A stretch of 64,000 nt of DNA, from contig CP170459.1 in the NCBI GenBank assembly GCA_047947115.1, forward strand, positions 1,120,001 through 1,184,000, given 5' to 3'. Made by a program: the position numbers and the translations under genes. Of this stretch, positions 39,194 through 50,468 are shown one piece after another (position 1 is the first letter of the stretch; every line of letters starts with the position of its first letter). Below the pieces are notes generated by a model that did no database searches, had not been told where the DNA came from, and saw only the letters and a program-made list of their open reading frames with translations. This stretch comes from Verrucomicrobiota bacterium. Its GTDB lineage: Bacteria > Verrucomicrobiota > Verrucomicrobiia > Limisphaerales > AAA164-E04.

Positions 39194-39829
39194 ATGAAAG
39201 TTTCGATTTGGTCTTGTGCCTTGCTGGCTGGTGTATTGGGATGGATGACATTGCAATCGCAATCAACTTCCAGTGACAACTCAAAACCCAAGGTATCCGA
39301 AGAAATTCTCAAGCGAAGCAAGAAAGCGACCTTTGGTGGAGGGTGCTTCTGGTGCACCGAAGCCATGTTGGAAGGCATCGATGGTGTAATTGATGTGGTG
39401 TCCGGTTACTCGGGCGGCCACGTGAAGAACCCAAGCTACAAGCATGTTTGTGAAGGAACGACCGGTCATGCTGAAGTGGTCCAGGTGACATTTGACCCTG
39501 AAACAATTTCCTACGAACGTTTGCTGGAAATGTTCTGGAGATCGCATGATCCAACGACACTCAACCGCCAGGGAGCCGATGTGGGCACCCAGTACCGTTC
39601 AACCATCCTGTGGCATGATGAGGATCAGCAAAAAGTGGCTCAAGCATCCATGAAAGAGGCTGCCGGTTTGTTTAAAGCCCCGATTGTCACCAAAATTGAA
39701 AAGTTTGAGATCTTTTATCCGGCCGAGGATTATCATCAGGACTACTTCGCCAAAAACCCCCGGGCCGGTTACTGCGTTTATGTTATCCAGCCCAAACTCA
39801 AGAAGTTTAAAGATTATTTAAAAGAATAG
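39194..39829 (+). CDS. msrA: Peptide-methionine (S)-S-oxide reductase, exported
   Basis: Signal/TM segment, GGGCFWCTE, SGYSGG, TGHAEVVQV, HDPTTLNRQGADVGTQYRS, FYPAEDYHQDY. Confidence 0.93.
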   Translation: MKVSIWSCALLAGVLGWMTLQSQSTSSDNSKPKVSEEILKRSKKATFGGGCFWCTEAMLEGIDGVIDVVSGYSGGHVKNPSYKHVCEGTTGHAEVVQVTFDPETISYERLLEMFWRSHDPTTLNRQGADVGTQYRSTILWHDEDQQKVAQASMKEAAGLFKAPIVTKIEKFEIFYPAEDYHQDYFAKNPRAGYCVYVIQPKLKKFKDYLKE

Positions 39830-39851
39830 GGAGTGTGGGGGATGTTGTCGT

Positions 39852-41804
39852 TCAAGACAGGTTTTGTTGGATCTTCTCCCGAAGTGCTTTTCCTGTGAAG
39901 GGCTTGTAGAGGGTGTCGGCCACATGAAGGTCGGCTACTTTCTCGATGGATGTCTTCATTTCGATTCCCGCGCAAAAGATAATTTTCGTTGACGGAGACA
40001 TGGCTCGAATGGATTCAACCAGCGTCTTACCGTCCATCACCGGCATCACAACATCCGTTATCACCAACCCAATTTCGGCTTGATACTGTTTGAAAACTGC
40101 AAGTCCCTCCGCGCCATTACTGGCGAAGATCACCTTATAACCGCGGTTACCCAGCAGGATTTCGACAGAACGCTTGATATTTTCCTCATCATCAACAAAA
40201 AGGATGGTTTTCTTGCAGGACGGTGAGATTTTTGTGGTTTCTTCCATCACTTCAGCTTTCCCTTGTAACTTCAAAGGCAGGTAAACCTCAAACTCAGTCC
40301 CGCCTCCTGAACGAGGGCCGTGTTTGATGGCACCGTCATAGTTTCTTACAATGGTCAGTGTTTCAGTCAAACCCAATCCACGGTGAGTATCATTCTTTTC
40401 TGTGTAAAAAGGTTCAAATATCCGTTCTCTATTTTCATTTTCAATTCCATGTCCTTCGTCGGCAATCGTAATATGCAAATAGGTCCCCGGTTTTAGTTGC
40501 AATGAATCATATGCCTCGGTGTCTGACTCAACGATCGTAGACCGGGCCCGAATCAGCAGAACTCCCCCTTCCGCCATGGCTTCTATGGCATTTTGCACCA
40601 TATGATCGAGCATGGTGTGAATCAGGGCCGAGTCAGCTTCCAGAACTCCATGCAAATGATCTGCGATTTGAAATTCATATCGTATTCCTTTTGGATGCTG
40701 CTTCTTGATTTCCTCCGCATACCCAAGTATTAACTTATGTGGATCCAATTGTTCTGTTCGTGGACTCAGATGATCAACAGAAAGCAAGAATGGACGAAGG
40801 ATACTGCGTGCAATCCGGACGGAACTTCCAATGCGTTCAGTGATTTTTTGATGTTCTTTTAACTCCGGCAGCGATTCCAGAATTTCTGCATCCAACAAAA
40901 TCGGAGTAAGAGCATTGTTCAATTCATTGGATATACTGGATAGGCTTGATTGAAGTGTCGCAAGCATCTTGGAAGATTCGCGAGTCTTTTGAATTTTCCG
41001 ATTTTCAGTGATGTCCCATAGGATGCATTGCACCGAATCAATATCTCCTTTGACATCCTTTACTGGCGCAGTGAGCCCAAGATATGTCCGGAGATATCCC
41101 GGATCATCTCCAGAGACTGAAAACTCCCGCTCGATTCCCCGGCCATTACGGAAAGTTTGTTCAATCACTTTTTGAAATTCCTTTACCATAGCTGAAGTAT
41201 TCAGTTCCCGAATGTTTTTCCCCACCATTTGCCCGGTTTGTAAACCAAACAGCTTTGTTATTGGCTTGTTGACATATTCCAATACACCATCCCGGTTACA
41301 TAGAAACAAGCCGGTTGGCAGGATTTCGATCAAAGATTGATACGAATGCTGGGATCGTTGAAATCTTAATTCAACTTTCTTTCGCTCTATGGCGTAAAAG
41401 ATGGACCTCATCAGGATGTCCTCGTTCAAAGACTGCTTGAGCAGAAAATCGCTTGCTCCAACATGAGCTGACTGGAACATCATCGACCAATTACGGATGT
41501 TGCTCAAAACAATGATGGGCGCTTGGTGTCCAAATTCCAACAACTCCTCCAATACCAAAAAACCATTGGCATCCTGTAGATTCACGTCGGTCAAGATTAC
41601 GTCATAGGAGTTTGATACCAACTGATCCACGGCCTCACGTAAGCTCATTGCGTGATCAATCTTGAAGGTAGCCACATGGTCAGGAAGTGCTGCGCCGTGA
41701 AATAACGCGTCTACCTTTTTGGAAAAGGTCAGATCTGATTCCACCAGCATCACTTGAATATGATCACTGTCCGCCTTGCACACTTCATTGTTTGGCCTTG
41801 TCAT
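39852..41804 (-). CDS. Hybrid REC-PAS-HisKA-HATPase-REC protein lacking the phospho-accepting His
   Basis: H-box reads ISNELNNALTPI (His->Asn). N box QNAIEAM, G1 DEGHGI, F IFEPFYT and G2 GLGL are intact. Both receiver Asp residues are present. Confidence 0.85.
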   Translation of the reverse strand: MTRPNNEVCKADSDHIQVMLVESDLTFSKKVDALFHGAALPDHVATFKIDHAMSLREAVDQLVSNSYDVILTDVNLQDANGFLVLEELLEFGHQAPIIVLSNIRNWSMMFQSAHVGASDFLLKQSLNEDILMRSIFYAIERKKVELRFQRSQHSYQSLIEILPTGLFLCNRDGVLEYVNKPITKLFGLQTGQMVGKNIRELNTSAMVKEFQKVIEQTFRNGRGIEREFSVSGDDPGYLRTYLGLTAPVKDVKGDIDSVQCILWDITENRKIQKTRESSKMLATLQSSLSSISNELNNALTPILLDAEILESLPELKEHQKITERIGSSVRIARSILRPFLLSVDHLSPRTEQLDPHKLILGYAEEIKKQHPKGIRYEFQIADHLHGVLEADSALIHTMLDHMVQNAIEAMAEGGVLLIRARSTIVESDTEAYDSLQLKPGTYLHITIADEGHGIENENRERIFEPFYTEKNDTHRGLGLTETLTIVRNYDGAIKHGPRSGGGTEFEVYLPLKLQGKAEVMEETTKISPSCKKTILFVDDEENIKRSVEILLGNRGYKVIFASNGAEGLAVFKQYQAEIGLVITDVVMPVMDGKTLVESIRAMSPSTKIIFCAGIEMKTSIEKVADLHVADTLYKPFTGKALREKIQQNLS

Positions 41805-42095
41805 TGTTAGTTGGTTTTAAATTGACCCCACCACCAACCTATCAAACCCCTCATTATTCAAGTCAACGTTTCATGATTTTTTTTACAAAGAGACGACAAA
41901 AACCTTCCATGGGGTGAGTTGCTTGGGCAGCCGGGTATTTATTGCCAATGAAAGTTGATTAAATTCCAATTTCTCATTAGGAAATTCTGCTTTTAGAGAT
42001 CAGTTTTCTGTAGCGAAATACAATCAGGTCCTGCAGAGCGTACTGGCGGTGGGAAACTTAATCGATCCAGTCAATTTCATTAGATTTGTAAACAT

Positions 42096-45000
42096 ATGAA
42101 CCCAGACCATGGCCATCAAAAACATAACATTTCACTTGCTTCACGCATTATCCGCATCATCTCCAGTGTGCAGCATTTGATGTTTTCCGCAAATTCCACA
42201 AAGGAATTGTTCAGCAGTTTTTGCAGGGTACTCGCATCACAATCGGGAGTGCTGTCCGTAGGAGTGGGGCCTGCACACGAGGATTGTAAATTCGCACCCA
42301 TCTTTGAAGCCTGGGGGACAGCAGAAGACCTGCAACAAAGGAGTTACAGCAAAAATGCATGGGACTCTGATCAATTGATGGTCTGTAAAGCGTTGGTAAC
42401 CAAGACAAAATAGTTACGTGAGTGTGGTTGTGCTGTCGGGGAATTGAAAAAATGGGAAGAAAGTCAGGGGACTCAGATGATACTTCAGGTTCTTTGTGTT
42501 CCCTTGGTGCGCAACGGCGTGCTTACCCATGTGGTCCGCATATGTTTTGACAAGCCTGCTTTCAAGGACATTGACATGTTGGAATTAGCCAATGAGTTGG
42601 TGCAAAGCCTGGCTTTTGCGTTAAGCGCCATTCAAGATCGTTCCCTCTTATGTGAGAGGATGAAGGAGTTGGAATGTATCATAGATATCAGCCAGCATTT
42701 TTATACGGCCCGAACCATTTCTGACTCACATTTGAAGTATCTGGTGGAGCGATTACCTGCTGCCTTTCACAGGCCGGAAAATACGGGTGCGCGCCTAATT
42801 TTCAATGGTAGTGAATTTACAACGGATCACTTCGATTCGAACGCTCATGTCTTATCCTTTCCCATTGAAGTCGGCTCAGATCGTGTCTGCGGTGGATTTA
42901 TCGAAGTATCCGTTTCAGGAGACATGGAATATCCGTTTTTAAATGAAGAAACACCTCTTCTTAAGACGATTGCGAGAATGATCGGGGAGGTGGCTTCTCA
43001 TCAGGACTCCGAAAAAATGCTAAATCAGCATCAGAAACTCCTGGACATCGTATTCAATGCCTTTCCGGTTGCCATTACGATGTTCACGCCGGTTTTTGAC
43101 CTACAGGATAACTTGGTGGATTTTAAGCTGAAGTTATATAACCCAGATGCTGTTAACCTTTTACGATGTAAGCGTTCCGTAGTGGTCGGTGCCAGTTTGA
43201 GAAACGACATTTCATGCATGTCGAATATCGGGTTTTATGACCGGTTTGCCAGCGTCATGAGTTCCCGGAAGGATATAGAATTCGAACAGCGGGTTGACCA
43301 CAATGGCGAGGTGCGCTGGTTGCGTGTTGTCGCCAAGAGATGTCAGGATGGAATCGTGGCTACCATGGAGGACATTTCTTCTCAAAAGCACACCGAGTCC
43401 GAATTGACCCAAGAAGCCAAGAATTTCCAAGCGTTGATGGAATCTGCACCGGACGGCCTTTCGATTGTGGAAGTTGAAACAGGTAATTTCATGGAAAACA
43501 ACGCCGAGACTTGTCGGAAGCTCGGGTATGACCGTAATACCATGAGTTATCTCTCTGTGTATGACATCGATCCACATGCTGCATCGCACCGGGAAGAAAC
43601 CAAGGCCATGTGGAGACAAATTGTCAGGGATAATGTGCGCACCGTTATTTTTACCAAACAACAGCGCAAAGATGGCAGCCTTTATGATGCCGAGGTAAGT
43701 GTCGCCCCCATTACATATCGCGGTCGGAGCTGCATAATCGGAGCCGTGCGTGATGTGACTGAGCGGTTGCGCTCGGAATCTCAAATGAGGATGATGAGTA
43801 AAGCCTTGGATGGAGCTGCAAATCTCATAGTCATCACAGATCCGAATGCCAACATCCTTTATGTGAATCCAGCTTTTTGGGCAACAATCCCCGTATCTTG
43901 AAATCGGGGAAACATGATCAGGCTTTCTATGACAAGATGTGGACCGTGCTCCGGACGGGAGAAAAGTGGCAGGGGACCCTTGTCAATCAGTGTAAAAATG
44001 GCCGGGAGATAAATGTCGAAACAGTTATTACTCCTGTATTTGATAACACAGATACATTGACTCATTACATTGCGGTGCAGGAAGACGTTACCGAAAAATT
44101 ACAGTTGGAGCAGCAATTCCAGCGGGCACAGCGCATGGAAGTCATGGGGTTGATGGCTGGAGGTGTGGCTCATGATCTGAATAATATTTTGACGCCTCTT
44201 TTGCTCGCGGTGGATGTATTGAAATCCGGTCCCACCCCCAAACAACAAGAGGATATTTTGAACACAGTTGAAGATTCGGTGCAACGTGGTGCCGGCATCA
44301 TTCGCCAAATCCTTACTTTTGCCCGCGGAACGGAGGGTGAAAAGCAACATTTGAAAATGCAACCTTTGCTGAAGGAGGTGGTCAAACTCATCAGTGAAAC
44401 ATTCCCGCGTTCGATCCGGATCCGGCAAAAAATTGCGAATGACATGAGCACCTTGTTTTTTGATCCCAACCAGCTGCATCAAATCGCAATGAACCTGGCT
44501 GTCAACGCCAGAGATGCCATGCCAAACGGCGGCGTAATCACGATTGGGGCTGAAAATGTTGTGATTGAAAAGCCCATGCAGTTCCTCAATTTGGTCGCTT
44601 CCGCGGGAGCTTACATCCGTATGTTTGTCGAAGATACGGGTATGGGCATTGATAAGAAACAGATTGAACATATATTTGATCCATTTTACACGACCAAAAG
44701 CGAAGGCAAGGGAACGGGTTTAGCCCTCTCGACCGTTCTTGGTATCGTTAAAAGCAATCGGGGAATGATTCATGTGAATTCTGAAAAAGGAAAAGGAACG
44801 CGTGTCGATATCTACATTCCCGTAGCGCAGGAAGACGCAGAACCGCAAGATGCGGTTTCGAAAGAAAAAACAATTCTCCAGGGGAATGGTGAACATATTC
44901 TGCTTGTGGATGATGAAATTGAAATCCTCAAGGTGATAGCGGCGATCCTGCAGGCAAACGGATATGTGACATCTCAGGCAAAAGACGGAACGGAAGCCAT

Positions 45001-45274
45001 TGCCCTCATCGCATCCGCAAAAGAACCATTTGCTGCCGTGGTTTCAGATTTAATGATGCCATTCATGGATGGAATGTCCTTGAAGCGCGCCACCATCAAA
45101 CTAGACCCCACTCTGCCTTTCATTATGAGCAGCGGTATATTGGATGCCGATTTTATGGACGATAAGGTCAAAGAACTGAAAGACATGGGAGTGAATGAAT
45201 TTCTGGTGAAACCATACAAAAGAGAAGTGTTGTTGATGGCACTCAACAAAGTCGTGCGAAAACCAAGTTGTTGA
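42096..45274 (+). pseudogene. Disrupted GAF/PAS hybrid sensor histidine kinase (C-terminal HisKA-HATPase-REC part intact at 43877-45274)
   Basis: In-frame TAG at 42411-42413. Frameshifting deletion in a PAS domain near 43875 (YVNPAF / LGNNPRILKSG). GGVAHDLNNILTP, NARDAMP, GKGTGL, VVSDLMMP. Confidence 0.75.
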
Positions 45275-45450
45275 AACAACATGGCGGGACAAAGTCTCTC
45301 CTTAGCCGGAGTTTTGAGAAATGGGTTCCTTGTTGTTTCAAGGACGTTGCATTCAATCAGATTCTAAAGCTTTGTTTTGAATCAACATTCCGTCAGTCGA
45401 AGTATCCCATTGAATTCTCAAAACGATGCCCGCAGAATATGCCCGTCCCT

Positions 45451-46878
45451 ATGAAAAAACTGTTTAAGGTTTATTTTGATCACCTGCTGTTGGGCTTTAT
45501 TGGAGTGCTTCTGATTTGTTCCCTCACTCAAATCCGGGCAACCAGGTCTCCCAACATCATTTACATTCTAGCAGATGACATGGGCTTTGGCGACCTGAGT
45601 TGTTACGGTCAGAGCACTCTTAAAACCCCTCACATTGATCGAATGGCCAAAGAGGGCATACGCTTTACCCAGCACTATGCGGGTTCCACGGTCTGCGCGC
45701 CTTCACGGTGTGTCTTGCTCACAGGGATGCACACAGGGCATACTCGCATCCGCGGCAATGACAAAGCCTTGTTGCGTCCGCGGGATGTGACGATTGCTGA
45801 GACCCTCAAAGATGCCGGTTATGCGACAGGTTGTGTTGGTAAATGGGGAGTGGGACATCCGCCGCCTCTGGATGATCCTCAACGGAACGGATTCGATTAT
45901 TTCTATGGCTACATCAACATGTACCATGCTCATAATTTCTATCCCGAATGGATGATTGAGAACGGCAGGAAAGTAAAGCTGCGCAACATCGTTTATCCTG
46001 AATACGACGAACCCAAGGAACGAGAAGGGCGGGGAGTCGCATCACAGAAGGTCGACTACGCGCCCGAACTCATCGCCCAGGCCGGTCTTCGTTTCATCGA
46101 AGATCACCGCGACGAACCTTTTTTTCTCTACTTCGCCATGAACATGCCCCATGCGAACAATGAAGGTGGCAACGATGAACGGTCCAAGTGTAATGGCATG
46201 GAAGTGCCTGATCACGGTCAATTCAAAGACCGTGATTGGCCAGAGCAGGAAAAAGGGTTTGCCCGTATGATGGAAATCATCGACCACCAGGTCGGCCGCG
46301 TGCTGGACAAACTGGACGAACTGGGGCTCGCGGAAAACACGCTGGTTTTGTTTTCCAGTGACAATGGACCTCATCAGGAAGGCGGACACAAGATGCCGTT
46401 CTTCGATTCCAATGGTCCGCTGAAAGGAAAGAAGCGCGACCTTTACGAAGGTGGCATTCGTGTGCCGATGATTGCCCGTTGGCCGGGTCGCATCCAGTCC
46501 GGAACTGAAACGGACTTGTTGTCCGGTTTTCAGGATGTCTTGCCAACGCTTGCCGAAGTGGCAGGCAAGTCGGTCACATTGACGGATGGCATCAGTTTTC
46601 TGCCCACCCTCCTCGGTGGTTCGGATCATCAGGAAAAGCACGATTTCCTTTACTGGGAATTTTATGAACAAGGCGGCAAGCGAGCCATCCGCAAAGGACT
46701 GTGGAAGGGGGTTCAACGCAATATCATTCTCAATCCGAATGCACCGGTCGAACTCTACGATCTGTCGCTGGACATCGGCGAAGACACGGATGTCAGTGCT
46801 CAACACCCAACCATTGTTGCTGAACTAAAACGACTCATGGACCAATCCCATGTTGAACGATATGACTCCGAAATTTGA
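45451..46878 (+). CDS. Arylsulfatase-like sulfatase (S1 family)
   Basis: PNIIYILADDMG, VCAPSRCVLLTG, GKWG, SSDNGPH, LYEGGIRVP, LYWEF. Confidence 0.9.
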   Translation: MKKLFKVYFDHLLLGFIGVLLICSLTQIRATRSPNIIYILADDMGFGDLSCYGQSTLKTPHIDRMAKEGIRFTQHYAGSTVCAPSRCVLLTGMHTGHTRIRGNDKALLRPRDVTIAETLKDAGYATGCVGKWGVGHPPPLDDPQRNGFDYFYGYINMYHAHNFYPEWMIENGRKVKLRNIVYPEYDEPKEREGRGVASQKVDYAPELIAQAGLRFIEDHRDEPFFLYFAMNMPHANNEGGNDERSKCNGMEVPDHGQFKDRDWPEQEKGFARMMEIIDHQVGRVLDKLDELGLAENTLVLFSSDNGPHQEGGHKMPFFDSNGPLKGKKRDLYEGGIRVPMIARWPGRIQSGTETDLLSGFQDVLPTLAEVAGKSVTLTDGISFLPTLLGGSDHQEKHDFLYWEFYEQGGKRAIRKGLWKGVQRNIILNPNAPVELYDLSLDIGEDTDVSAQHPTIVAELKRLMDQSHVERYDSEI

Positions 46879-46921
46879 AAGAGTCATGAACATTTCACCC
46901 AAACGAAGAATGATTCACTTT

Positions 46922-47956
46922 ATGAAAATCAAAAAGCTTTCGAATAAAATATTCCCCGCCTTTTCCGGTCTAATATGCGCGGTCACTTGCTCTTTGTTTT
47001 GTTTGCTCGAAACAAGCTCGGTGTTGTCCGATGATCTTTCATTGAAATCACTCGTGACCAGCCGGGTGTTGGTTCTGGGGGACAGCATCACCTATGGCGG
47101 ACAATACGTCGCCGACCTTGAAACCTATCTTCGATTGACCTTTCCCGATCAACCGGTGAACATTTTGAATCAGGGATTACCCAGCGAAACGGTCTCCGGA
47201 TTATCCGAACCGGGTCATGCGGGCGGCAAATTTCCCAGACCCGATCTCCACGAACGTCTTGATCGCGCCCTGGCCAAACTTAAACCTGAAATCGTTCTTG
47301 CCTGCTATGGCATGAACTGCGGCATTTATCACCCCTACAGTGTGGATCGTTTCGAGGCCTACAAAGTCGGCATGCGCCGATTGCACGATCGCGTGGTGGC
47401 CGCCGGAGCTGAAATCATCCACGTCACGCCTCCTGTGTTTGACCCAAAACCCATTGCTCAACGTACACTCCCGGCTGGTTTGGATGTCTATGGGCAACCC
47501 TACGAAGGTTATGACGAGGTATTGGGACTGTATGCTGCCTGGTTGCTTGCCATGCGTGGAGAGGGGTGGAAAGTGGTGGATATCCACAGCCCCATGAAAC
47601 AGCTCTTGTTGGACAGGCGAGCCAAAGATCCGGACTTTCGATTTGCAGGTGACGGCGTCCATATGAATGCTGAGGCGCATTGGTTGACAGCTCAATGGAT
47701 CCTTGGTTTTTTCGGTGCCAGCGATCATTTCGGCAAATGGCCAACACCGGATGCAATGGCCGCTTCCCAGCTTGGTAAACTATCCGATTTGCCCAATCTG
47801 ATCAAACAACGCCAACGCCTTCTTTGCGATTCCTGGCTGACCGACATCGGCCACCTGCGTCCCGGCATGTCCAAAGGACTTCCTATCAATGAGGCCATCG
47901 AGAAAGCAAATGAGTTGGATGCTCAGGTGCGGGATTTAATCACAGATAGGGAGTGA
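46922..47956 (+). CDS. SGNH/GDSL hydrolase family protein
   Basis: VLGDSIT, NQGLPSETVSG, CYGMN, DGVHMN. Signal peptide; start approximate. Confidence 0.85.
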   Translation: MKIKKLSNKIFPAFSGLICAVTCSLFCLLETSSVLSDDLSLKSLVTSRVLVLGDSITYGGQYVADLETYLRLTFPDQPVNILNQGLPSETVSGLSEPGHAGGKFPRPDLHERLDRALAKLKPEIVLACYGMNCGIYHPYSVDRFEAYKVGMRRLHDRVVAAGAEIIHVTPPVFDPKPIAQRTLPAGLDVYGQPYEGYDEVLGLYAAWLLAMRGEGWKVVDIHSPMKQLLLDRRAKDPDFRFAGDGVHMNAEAHWLTAQWILGFFGASDHFGKWPTPDAMAASQLGKLSDLPNLIKQRQRLLCDSWLTDIGHLRPGMSKGLPINEAIEKANELDAQVRDLITDRE

Positions 47957-48384
47957 TGGGCGTAGTTCATTTTTTAGACCATGGAGGGGAAAGTTTCTGA
48001 GCAAAGGGAATGGAACGCAGGGAGACGATCTTTCATCGAATGATTGTGGCATTTCCATTGCAGCTTGAAAGGGTTCCAAAGCACTGAGGTCTGAAGTGGG
48101 TGTAAGTCGGAGCTTACCCCTCCGGTGATGGATTTCTAAATTTTGAACTGAGCCTCGGGGTGATGGCTCCCCAGATTTCGGTTTGCTTATGATCGCGTTA
48201 GAGTTTTGATTGAGTTGATGCACTCCAAGGCCAGACTGTCACTTCGTAAAGCTCATGGATGACGCTGTTTACCCATCGGAGTAACACCATTTTCTAGAAT
48301 TGAGAGAAAGAGTCATAAATTCCTAGTTGAAACCTTGATCTTTTTTGGCATGTTGGTAGCAATTGTTGTAACATATCTGAGCTT

Positions 48385-48741
48385 ATGAGCGAATCGAATC
48401 AATCCTTGAAAATCGTGGCCTACCTGAAACCTACCTGTGGATGGAGCCAAGGTGTGCGTGCTATCATGCGCAAATACAACCTTTCTTTCGAAGACCGGGA
48501 CATCATCAATAATCCCGCTCAACGTCAGGAAATGATCATGAAAAGTGGGCAAATGCTGAGCCCCTGCGTGGAAATCAACGGCCAAATGTTGGCCGACGTC
48601 AGTGGTGAAGAAGTGGAAGCTTTCATGCTGGCCAACGGCATGGTGCAACCTTCCAACGTCCTACCCGATGCACCGATCAATGCTCCTTGCCCTGATGAAA
48701 TGCATGAGCCACAGGCTCAATCCATGAATTTCCGGTCATAA
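48385..48741 (+). CDS. Glutaredoxin-like protein (monothiol CGWS)
   Basis: YLKPTCGWS, EDRDII, SGQMLSPCVEING. Confidence 0.8.
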   Translation: MSESNQSLKIVAYLKPTCGWSQGVRAIMRKYNLSFEDRDIINNPAQRQEMIMKSGQMLSPCVEINGQMLADVSGEEVEAFMLANGMVQPSNVLPDAPINAPCPDEMHEPQAQSMNFRS

Positions 48742-48770
48742 GCAGTATCGACCATCGAAAATTTAGTGTG

Positions 48771-48801
48771 AAAACGGAAGCCTTCCCGGGCTTCCGTTTT
48801 T
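48771..48801 (+). terminator. Rho-independent terminator
   Basis: AAAACGGAAGCC-ttcccg-GGCTTCCGTTTTT after the glutaredoxin gene. Confidence 0.8.
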
Positions 48802-48854
48802 CTTTGGGTCTTTCCAAGCAAAGCGTTTAACGGCAGTATACCGGCGCAAATCGG

Positions 48855-50468
48855 ATGAAAAAGGCGGCAACCAAATCAACTTCCAAACCATGGACCCTCA
48901 CGGACGTGGTCGATTTTGAGTATTTCGTGCTGCAACACTCCGGAGAGAAGGCTGCGGAAACGGGCCAGCACTTGCGACATTGGTTTCAAGCACACCGCGC
49001 GGAGGCAGATGTGCTTGATCAGTCGGATCTGTCAGATCGATCGGATCAGGCCGATCCCTCCACCCTGCGGGCCTGGTTGGAGGAGCAACGTTCAAACCTG
49101 CCCGAAACCTTTCCTCAACCCGGTGAATCCTGGGCAGGATTCATGCGCTTGCTGAGTGCCGTGTTTGTGTTGGCCGGGCTCTTGACCGGAACCGGCGTTG
49201 CTTCGGGACTTTTACGCTACGACGGGGTGCAGCCGGTGAATGTGGCCTTGTTCCTGGGGATCCTGGTGGTGTTCCAAGCGGGTTGGAATGTGGTTTCGCT
49301 CCTGCTCCTGGCAGGAAAGGGGAGCGCGTTGTTGCCGGCCAACTCAGGGCTGGGTCGTCAAGTGTGTGGCATGTCGTTCCGTTGGGTGGCCACGCGCCTG
49401 CACCGTCATGTGTGGTCGCATCTGCCTGCTGAACAACGCTTGCAATGGGAATCATTCTGGAAACAACTCAGTCGTGATCACGGTTGTTCCGGAAAATACC
49501 TCACATGGCCGATCCTCTGTCGGGTTCAGTTGCTTGGTGTCGCTTTCAACGTCGGTGCGGTTCTGACTTTTTCCCTGAGCGTGATGTTCCGGGACCTGGC
49601 TTTCGGATGGCAGACATCCATGGAACAACTTTCCAACACGGTCGTGGCTTCCTGGGTCAAATGGATGGCCTTGCCCTGGAGCCCATGGCTGGGGGAAGGG
49701 CAGGGGTACCCGTCTCCTGACCAAATTGAAGGAAGCCGCATCATTTTGAGAGAGGGCATTGCCGGTCTGCAAAATGAGAACCTGACCGCCTGGTGGCTGT
49801 TTCTTCTGATGTGCCTCTGCGTTTACGGTTTGTTGCCCCGCTTGATGTTGTGGGGTTGGAGCGGTTGGTTGGGTCGTCGCCACATCAGAATGTATCCTCT
49901 GAAAAGCCCATCTGCGAAGAAACTTTGGGAACAATTCCAGACTCCCTACCTGAATGTCACCCGGCAACCTTTTCAGAGCGCCGACAATGGTGGTGAGACC
50001 ATCACCTCGGATACCTTACCTGACTCAAATACTCAGCCCGACCAGCCATATCCAAACTATTCCAATGAAATTCCCTGCTTGGTTATGGTGGATAACGACC
50101 TGTCCGATATCATCGAGTCCGGCGATCTTGATCAACAGTTACTCCCGTATGGATGGAATGTGGTTGGACATGATTCTATTTCAGGTCCAATCATGAATAA
50201 CCGATTTCAAACACTTCCAGGCGATATCCAATGCGTTCTCTGGATTCAGGAAGCCTGGCAACCGCCCATCATGGAGAAAATGGACCAGATGAAGCAGTGC
50301 CGAAAAACTCTCCCCCGACATGTGTTGTTGTTGGTGGGACTCATTGGAAAACCAACCCGGGAAACTTGGTTGACCGCCGTGCGTGAAAGGGACTTCGAAA
50401 TTTGGACTCAATTCGTGACGAAACATCTGCCTGACGGAACACAGGTCAAATGCCTGGTGGAACCATGA
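48855..50468 (+). CDS. DUF2868-type membrane protein
   Basis: LRYDGVQPVNV, RDLAFGWQT, ALPW...PSPDQIEGSR, WWLFLLMCLCVYGLLPRL, EAWQPPI. ATGA overlap with the GTPase gene. Confidence 0.7.
   Translation: MKKAATKSTSKPWTLTDVVDFEYFVLQHSGEKAAETGQHLRHWFQAHRAEADVLDQSDLSDRSDQADPSTLRAWLEEQRSNLPETFPQPGESWAGFMRLLSAVFVLAGLLTGTGVASGLLRYDGVQPVNVALFLGILVVFQAGWNVVSLLLLAGKGSALLPANSGLGRQVCGMSFRWVATRLHRHVWSHLPAEQRLQWESFWKQLSRDHGCSGKYLTWPILCRVQLLGVAFNVGAVLTFSLSVMFRDLAFGWQTSMEQLSNTVVASWVKWMALPWSPWLGEGQGYPSPDQIEGSRIILREGIAGLQNENLTAWWLFLLMCLCVYGLLPRLMLWGWSGWLGRRHIRMYPLKSPSAKKLWEQFQTPYLNVTRQPFQSADNGGETITSDTLPDSNTQPDQPYPNYSNEIPCLVMVDNDLSDIIESGDLDQQLLPYGWNVVGHDSISGPIMNNRFQTLPGDIQCVLWIQEAWQPPIMEKMDQMKQCRKTLPRHVLLLVGLIGKPTRETWLTAVRERDFEIWTQFVTKHLPDGTQVKCLVEP

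Noticed and set aside
21490..42413. Stop-codon reassignment to explain in-frame TGA/TAG at 21490, 33109 and 42411
   Set aside because: Conserved genes here end normally in TAG and TGA and have no internal stops; two of the three affected genes also carry frameshifts.
47960..48300. Possible gene or RNA between the SGNH hydrolase and the glutaredoxin
   Set aside because: No recognisable motif, convincing ORF or stable structure could be supported by eye.
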